Shown one piece after another: positions 58,398 to 64,000 of a DNA stretch of 64,000 nucleotides. This DNA comes from Dehalococcoidia bacterium. Lineage in GTDB: Bacteria; Chloroflexota; Dehalococcoidia; Bin125. Location of the stretch: assembly GCA_965215555.1 (NCBI GenBank), contig OZ244071.1, positions 3,032,962 to 3,096,961 on the forward strand, written 5' to 3'. The position numbers and the translations under genes are program-made. The first letter of the stretch is position 1, and every line of letters starts with the position of its first letter. The notes below the pieces were generated by a model that made no database searches, was not told the DNA's origin, and worked only from the letters and a program-made list of their open reading frames with translations.

Positions 58398-59291
58398 ATG
58401 GCCCGCATCACGCAACTGCTTGATGCGGGTCCAACGCTGTCCTTTGAGTTCTCTGCCCCGCGCGATGAGGCGGGAGTTGAGCGTCTGAGACAGACGCTGG
58501 CCCGGTTGTCGCTGCATCAACCACAGTTCATGTCGGTGACCTATGGCGCGGGCGGCACGACCCGCGGTCCGACGCGGGACTGGGTGCATACGATCCGCGA
58601 AGACTATGACATCGAGGCGATGCCGCATCTGACTTGCGTCGCCCATTCGCGCAGCGATGTTTCTGGAATCATCGACGATTACCGCGGCGACGGGATCGAG
58701 AACATCCTCGCCCTACGCGGCGACTTACCCCAGACCGCAACATCCGCGAGCCAAGCCGTGGGCCAGGCCGTGGACCAGGCCGTGGACCAGGCCTTTGACA
58801 CGGCGGCCGAACTCGTCTCCTTCATTCGCGAGCAGGCAGATTGGGACATCGGCGTTGCGGCGCATCCCGAGGGTCATCCAATGGCGAGGTCGCGCGAGGC
58901 GGACCTGACACATCACGCGGCCAAGCTGGCCGAGGCCGATTTCGCGCTCACACAGTTTTTCTACCGAGCCGAGTACTACGAGCAATTCGTCGGGCAGTTA
59001 CGTGCGCGAGGTGTAGACACGCCTGTCATTCCGGGAGTAATGCCGCCGACGAACGTCGCCGGCATCGAACGGATGTCGGCGTTGAACAACACAGAGTTTC
59101 CGTCGGAGATTCGGGAGCGCCTGGAGACGGCGAAGAGTGCGGCGGAGCGTCGTGAAATTGGGGTAGAGGTGGCAGTCAATCTGGGTCGCGAGCTGCTTGA
59201 GCTAGGCGCGCCGGGTCTGCATGTCTACACGATGAATTTTTCCAGGGCGGCATCGGAGGTGGCGTCGGCGTTGGGTTGGCCAGCTACATAA
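58398..59291 (+). CDS. metF: 5,10-methylenetetrahydrofolate reductase
   Basis: SFEF, SVTYGAGG, HLTCV, LALRGD, TQFF. Confidence 0.93.
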   Translation: MARITQLLDAGPTLSFEFSAPRDEAGVERLRQTLARLSLHQPQFMSVTYGAGGTTRGPTRDWVHTIREDYDIEAMPHLTCVAHSRSDVSGIIDDYRGDGIENILALRGDLPQTATSASQAVGQAVDQAVDQAFDTAAELVSFIREQADWDIGVAAHPEGHPMARSREADLTHHAAKLAEADFALTQFFYRAEYYEQFVGQLRARGVDTPVIPGVMPPTNVAGIERMSALNNTEFPSEIRERLETAKSAAERREIGVEVAVNLGRELLELGAPGLHVYTMNFSRAASEVASALGWPAT

Positions 59292-59355
59292 TTTGCTTCC
59301 GTACTGGGGAAAACAGCCACCCATTCCTCCCCCGCAAAGGGGAGAGAATTGGAGC

Positions 59356-59799
59356 CTACGTTGGCTGTAACTGGGCGCGTAAGGTGTTCAGGATTTCCAG
59401 GTCGGTTTGATGAATGGCGCGGGCGATGCTCTCCACGCTGAGTTCTCTCTGGAAGCGATGAGTGGCCGATTGTTCCCACTCGTGGCTGGAGATCATGTAG
59501 AGCACGCTGTTGATCTGTTCCCTGAGGTGGTACCACTCGCGGAGCTGTTCGTAGCAGTCGGGAGGGTTGGTTTGTTCCAGCCACTCGAAGTCATGCAGCG
59601 GCAGATCCTCGACATCCTGGAAGAGCAGGTGGCCGAGCTGCCAGGCGGCGATCGTGTCCTGACGCCAGGCGCGTTCCATCAGTGCTTCGGCGTCGGGCAT
59701 GCCGCGATGCATGGCCTGCATCAGCAGCTCGTACATCTCGCCGGAGGCTTCGCGCAGGGCCTTGAGCAGCCAGCGTCTGGAAGTCTCGGTATCGCTCAT
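59356..59799 (-). CDS. DinB-like helical protein
   Basis: H in ATHRF, HQTDLE tail; weak assignment. Confidence 0.5.
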   Translation of the reverse strand: MSDTETSRRWLLKALREASGEMYELLMQAMHRGMPDAEALMERAWRQDTIAAWQLGHLLFQDVEDLPLHDFEWLEQTNPPDCYEQLREWYHLREQINSVLYMISSHEWEQSATHRFQRELSVESIARAIHQTDLEILNTLRAQLQPT

Positions 59800-59900
59800 G
59801 TGGGGCATTGTGGCACATCTCGTGCCCGCTGAATCCGCTCAGATTGAATTGACAACCATGGGATACGCTGCCTCAGTACGTCTGTCGCAGGAGGGATCTG

Positions 59901-60113
59901 ATGCTGACGGAGTTCTGGGAGTCGGACACGTTTACGGAGCGTCGTGAGGCGTTGCTCGACACGTTGGAGACCGACTATCCGTGGAGCAAGGGCGATGTGC
60001 TGCGCTTTCGTCGCGGTGGGCGCGACGACCGCTATCGCGTCTTGCAAGTCCAGGTAGAGATTGGCGATGAAGGTCTGAGGCGCGAAGTGTTGCTGCTGAA
60101 GTTGGGGTCGTAG
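59901..60113 (+). CDS. Small hypothetical protein
   Basis: AGGAGG RBS; 6 bp before next gene. Confidence 0.55.
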   Translation: MLTEFWESDTFTERREALLDTLETDYPWSKGDVLRFRRGGRDDRYRVLQVQVEIGDEGLRREVLLLKLGS

Positions 60114-60119
60114 TCGACG

Positions 60120-60938
60120 GTGGTTGCGTCGGGCGCGTTGCCGTACACGCTGCTGTTGCTCCTGCTGGAGCTGGGTGTCGGCGGCGCGTTGGTCATGCAT
60201 GCAGTCCACTTGCGCGGTCAGGCGACGCCGGGCTTCGTCCGGGCGACGACGATCATGGTGCCGATCGTGCTGGGACTGGCCTTCTGGACAGCATTCACGC
60301 TGGACGGCGACATCGTCGAGGGGTTCACGGTTCGATCCGGACCTCGCGACGTGTTGGTCTGGGTGCTCGCTGCACTGACGGCGATTTCGGTGCTGCACAA
60401 TCTGGCCCTCTATACCGATCGCGACGCCTGGGCTCGGAGGCTGGGCTGGGTACTGAGCGGGTTGTCGTTGGCGGCGCTCGGATTGACGGCGGCGACGCTG
60501 TCCGGTTCTCCCGAGGGACTGACGGCGGTCAGTCTGGGATTCGGCGCGTTGGCGCTGGGACTCTCGGCTGTTGGTCTGGCGCTGGGCCACTGGTACCTGG
60601 TTACGCCGCGACTGCCCGCTCAGCCACTGGTCGAGATCACGACGGCATTCCTGATCGTCGTGATCGTGCAGGCGGTGCTGTTCGGAGTCGCGCTGGCGGT
60701 GTCGGTCGACGATCCGGTCGGCGGTCGCGACCAGTCGCTAACGGGCGATCCCACGTTCTGGCTGAGGATTGTCGTGGGGTTCGTGTTGCCCCTGGTGTTC
60801 GGTTGGATGGCCTGGACGACGGCGAGGATGCGCTCGATGATGGCGGCGACGGGACTGCTCTATCTCACGACGGCGGCGGTGCTGGCGGCGCAGATCGCGG
60901 CTCGGGCTTTAATGTTTGATAGCGGTCGCCCGTTGTAG
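60120..60938 (+). CDS. Polytopic membrane protein (DmsC/NrfD-like)
   Basis: About eight TMs; LGHWYLV.P.L and ATGLLY motifs. Confidence 0.7.
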   Translation: MVASGALPYTLLLLLLELGVGGALVMHAVHLRGQATPGFVRATTIMVPIVLGLAFWTAFTLDGDIVEGFTVRSGPRDVLVWVLAALTAISVLHNLALYTDRDAWARRLGWVLSGLSLAALGLTAATLSGSPEGLTAVSLGFGALALGLSAVGLALGHWYLVTPRLPAQPLVEITTAFLIVVIVQAVLFGVALAVSVDDPVGGRDQSLTGDPTFWLRIVVGFVLPLVFGWMAWTTARMRSMMAATGLLYLTTAAVLAAQIAARALMFDSGRPL

Positions 60939-61001
60939 AAGATGTGCGCCGAGAGTGGCTGCAATGAAGCGCTCCCCCAGCGGGGAAGGTCTCGAACATC
61001 G

Positions 61002-61898
61002 CTACTCGACCACGTCCTGCTGGGTGACATTGAGATTCAGCCCCGGCGGCAGCTCGGGAATCATCTCAGCTTCTGCTTGCCAGTCGGCTCGGGCTTGATC
61101 GAGGAGGCTGGCGACCTCGCTGATGGCGGCAGGTGTGCGGATGCCCCACCAGGTGAGATTCTGGCCATCGCAGAGATAGACGTGGCCGTTGCGAGCGGCC
61201 GAGATCCCGTGCTGCGCGAGTAACTCCTCGGCGTGGCGCTCGCGGAACCGATAGGGCTCCGAGGGCAACAGAATGACCTCAGGATCGAGGTCGATCAGGT
61301 CGGTCAATTGCAACCGCGGATAGCGCCCCTGCGCGGCGTCCTCGCAGACGTTGATGCCACCGCAGACTCGGAGCAAGTCGCCGATGTAGGTGTCGCCCGA
61401 TGCCGCCATGTATGGATTGCGCCAGATCAGGACTGCAACGCGGACTCGAGGCCGCAGGCGCTGGATATGGCGCTGCTCCTCCAGCGATTCCTTGATCGCA
61501 TCGGACGTCTTGACGGCGATCCCGCCCATCAGTCGGCCGACGTGGTCGATCTCCTCTTGCACCCGATCGGCGGTTCGAATGTCGCCGACGTACACGTTGA
61601 TGCCGGCTTCGCGCAGCGCAGTGACATCTTCCTCGTTGTTCTCCTCAAGATTGGCCAAGACGAGTTGCGGATTGAGCCGGATGATGCGTTCGATGTCGGG
61701 ATTCTTGGTGCCGCCGACTTTGCGGATTGCGGTCACGGTGTCGGCCGGCTCGACGCAGAACTTTGTCACGCCGACGAGCCGCGATCCGAGGCGCATGGAG
61801 CAGACCAGTTCGGTGAACGAGGGGACGAGCGAGACGACCTCGCGCGCGGGTCGATCGAGTTCGATTTCGGTGTCGGTGGCATCAACTACGCTGGGCAT
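61002..61898 (-). CDS. Helical-backbone metal receptor (BtuF-like)
   Basis: VVSLVPS.TE, VGGTKNP, EEN, LPSEPY.F. Confidence 0.87.
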   Translation of the reverse strand: MPSVVDATDTEIELDRPAREVVSLVPSFTELVCSMRLGSRLVGVTKFCVEPADTVTAIRKVGGTKNPDIERIIRLNPQLVLANLEENNEEDVTALREAGINVYVGDIRTADRVQEEIDHVGRLMGGIAVKTSDAIKESLEEQRHIQRLRPRVRVAVLIWRNPYMAASGDTYIGDLLRVCGGINVCEDAAQGRYPRLQLTDLIDLDPEVILLPSEPYRFRERHAEELLAQHGISAARNGHVYLCDGQNLTWWGIRTPAAISEVASLLDQARADWQAEAEMIPELPPGLNLNVTQQDVVE

Positions 61899-61942
61899 GA
61901 GATTGAGGCTATCAGCGAACGCTGGTCTAGCACGGAGAACGC

Positions 61943-62842
61943 ATGACGATCGCGCCCGTTGCAGGAGCGGAAGTCGTCCTGCGCAATGTCAGCGTGGGTT
62001 ACCAGGGTCATCACGTGTTCGACGACCTGTCGGTCAGCATCCCTGGTGGGGTCTTCACCGGAATCATTGGTGGCAACGGCTCGGGTAAGAGCACGCTGCT
62101 CAAGACCATCGCCGGCCTGTTGCATCCGTCCCAGGGCGAGGTGTTGGTCGGCGGTGAATCACCGCAAGACGCGCGGGCGTTCCTGGGCTACATGCCCCAG
62201 GCGAGCAACGTTGACTGGCGCTTCCCGCTCACGGTCCGAGAGCTCGTCGAGATGGGCCGCTACCAGTTTCGATGGAGGGCGCGGCTCGGACGACTGATTC
62301 GCACTCGCGACGATCGGATCGCGGTCGACCGCGCCCTGGCCATGATGGATGTCCAGGACCTGCAGGACCGTCAGATTCATGAGCTCTCTGGCGGTCAGCG
62401 CAAGCGGGCGCTGATTGCTCGAGCATTGGCCCGGCAGCCGCGCATACTACTGCTCGACGAACCCTCGGCCGCCCTCGACGCCGTCTCGGATGATCAACTT
62501 TTCGACGTGCTCTGCGAACTGACCGATCTCGGCACCTCGGTGATCATGACCACGCACGACCTGTCGACGGTGCTGGAGCACTACGCAGAAGTGATCTGCG
62601 TCAACGCGACTGAGGGTGGCGTGATCGCCCAGGGTGATCCCTCGGCTGTCTTAACCGAGGACGTGCTGCGCAAGACCTACGGTCGGGAACTGGCCATCGT
62701 GTCCCGCGGCAGCGTCCATGACAGCGTCGATGAGGACGACGATCATCACACGCTGCGTCTGGGCGGCGAACTGCAGTTGCACATGGAAGATCACGAACAC
62801 CGCGAGGGTCACTCGCACGGTTCGTCGCTGCGGGCGCCGTAG
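61943..62842 (+). CDS. Zn/Mn ABC transporter ATPase with His-rich tail
   Basis: GGNGSGKST, YMPQ...DW.FP, LSGGQ, LLLDEP. Confidence 0.9.
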   Translation: MTIAPVAGAEVVLRNVSVGYQGHHVFDDLSVSIPGGVFTGIIGGNGSGKSTLLKTIAGLLHPSQGEVLVGGESPQDARAFLGYMPQASNVDWRFPLTVRELVEMGRYQFRWRARLGRLIRTRDDRIAVDRALAMMDVQDLQDRQIHELSGGQRKRALIARALARQPRILLLDEPSAALDAVSDDQLFDVLCELTDLGTSVIMTTHDLSTVLEHYAEVICVNATEGGVIAQGDPSAVLTEDVLRKTYGRELAIVSRGSVHDSVDEDDDHHTLRLGGELQLHMEDHEHREGHSHGSSLRAP

Positions 62843-62892
62843 GTGATTACCATCCTCCGTCCTTCCCTCGCTGGGTCGCTTGTCTCCCCATT

Positions 62893-63042
62893 CCGTCATT
62901 CCCGCGCTCCGTCGCGGGAATCTCGCTGGTCCGCTAAACACGCCGTGAACCTTCAACCGACTGCATCTTCAATTCGCTCAAGTGTTGTCTGACGTTTATT
63001 CACCGCACTGCGAGATACCCGCGGCGGAGCGCGGGTATGACG
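62893..63042. repeat. Inverted pair of GTCATTCCCGCG-type palindromes
   Basis: CCGTCATTCCCGCGCTCCGTCGCGGGAATCTCGC ... GCGAGATACCCGCGGCGGAGCGCGGGTATGACG; relatives at 5160, 27990, 37597, 46532. Confidence 0.8.
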
Positions 63043-63058
63043 TCAACGTGCATGACTC

Positions 63059-63778
63059 TTAAGAATTCGGCGGTTGCAACAGCGCCACGACTCGACGGAC
63101 CAGCATGTTGAATTGACCTTCGTTGGCCGCTTGCTGCAGCTCCGCTCTCCAGTGGTCGAAGCGGCGGGCTCGGACTTGGGCGGACTCGATCACGAGGTAG
63201 CGGCGGATCGATTCGAGCACGTCCCAGGCGAGGCTGCCCAGTTCGAGCCGGTCGGTGGTGATCGACTCGGTTGACATGCTGACGATGGACAGATTGGCTT
63301 CCTCGGCCGAGCCCGTAATCTGACCTCGTAGCCGCTCCGGCGCCCCCTTGGTGAACGCGCGGACGAGATCGCGTCCGACTTCCGCTTCTTGCGTCTGGAA
63401 CCAGAGGCCTTCCCAATCGGTCTGCACGATCAGCATGGGCCCGCGGGTGACGCGGGCGATTTCGTTGAGGGTCGCCGTTGGGTGGCGCAGCCACTCAAAG
63501 ACGTCGACCATGAGCGCCGAGTTGAAGTAGGCGTCGGGAAACGGCAGGCGTTGCGCGTCAGCCTGGACCACGCTCCACTCCGTGGGTCCCAGCCATCGAC
63601 CGGGAGAATCGGAATCGATGGCGACGCCGTTCAGCGGAGTGCCCTGCGTGATCGCTGCCAGGGTGAGACCGTCACCGGTGCCGACATCGAGCGCGGGACG
63701 CGCGTCTCGCGGGGCTCGCCCGTTGAGCAACTGGTCGTAGAGGCCGTCGTAGTGGCGGCGCAGCTCGGCGTGGATCAC
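63059..63778 (-). CDS. Class I SAM-dependent methyltransferase
   Basis: LDVGTGDG, ADAQRLPFPD; GGAGG RBS before GTG 63778. Confidence 0.85.
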   Translation of the reverse strand: MIHAELRRHYDGLYDQLLNGRAPRDARPALDVGTGDGLTLAAITQGTPLNGVAIDSDSPGRWLGPTEWSVVQADAQRLPFPDAYFNSALMVDVFEWLRHPTATLNEIARVTRGPMLIVQTDWEGLWFQTQEAEVGRDLVRAFTKGAPERLRGQITGSAEEANLSIVSMSTESITTDRLELGSLAWDVLESIRRYLVIESAQVRARRFDHWRAELQQAANEGQFNMLVRRVVALLQPPNS

Positions 63779-63840
63779 CGGCTGACCGCCTCCGCGCTTC
63801 TCCGGCGGCGCCAGGCTGCGATGATGTGACACGGCCGGTC

Positions 63841-63999
63841 TCAGGTCCACTCGTCGGCGACGATCGGCTGTCGGCCGGCGAATCCGTCCGATAGCTCGTG
63901 CCACCAACCGACGGTGCGTTCGCCGTACTGCCAGCAGAGATAGACCACGCGACCGTCGCGTTCCGCCCGCCAATCGACGAGTCCGCGGCGGATGTCCTT
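63841..63999 (-). CDS. DUF2203-like protein (partial, 3' end)
   Basis: Hand translation [10 protein letters not shown]...VYLCWQYGE...[14 protein letters not shown]. Confidence 0.8.
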   Translation of the reverse strand, partial: KDIRRGLVDWRAERDGRVVYLCWQYGERTVGWWHELSDGFAGRQPIVADEWT

Positions 64000-64000
64000 G

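Overview
High-GC bacterial chromosome segment. The gene content (scattered nuo genes, orphan Mo-hydroxylase large subunit, Uma2 paralogs, DUF1640-like small proteins, GWN-type surface domains) suggests Chloroflexota/Dehalococcoidia; this is an inference. Housekeeping genes include acs, ADP-forming acyl-CoA ligase subunits, pth, mfd, tRNA-Pro(GGG), hisG, nuoB/I/G-like, iscS, an A-type Fe-S carrier and metF. They are interleaved with defence-like modules: AAA ATPase + TOPRIM-like protein, a tandem array of three Mrr_N winged-helix genes whose nuclease member has an in-frame amber stop, a coiled-coil/RelE-like gene between pth and mfd, and a TIGR02391-like pair. Intergenic DNA carries at least four families of palindromic repeats/MITEs plus a RAYT transposase, including a triple-nested element with intact target-site duplications. 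The most unusual structure is at 34.4-37.5 kb: an array of units delimited by the palindrome GAGACWGTCTC, one of which is a 2.84-kb transposase-less segment carrying two surface-protein genes, with the larger gene starting right at the boundary. No CRISPR array, rRNA or prophage was seen.
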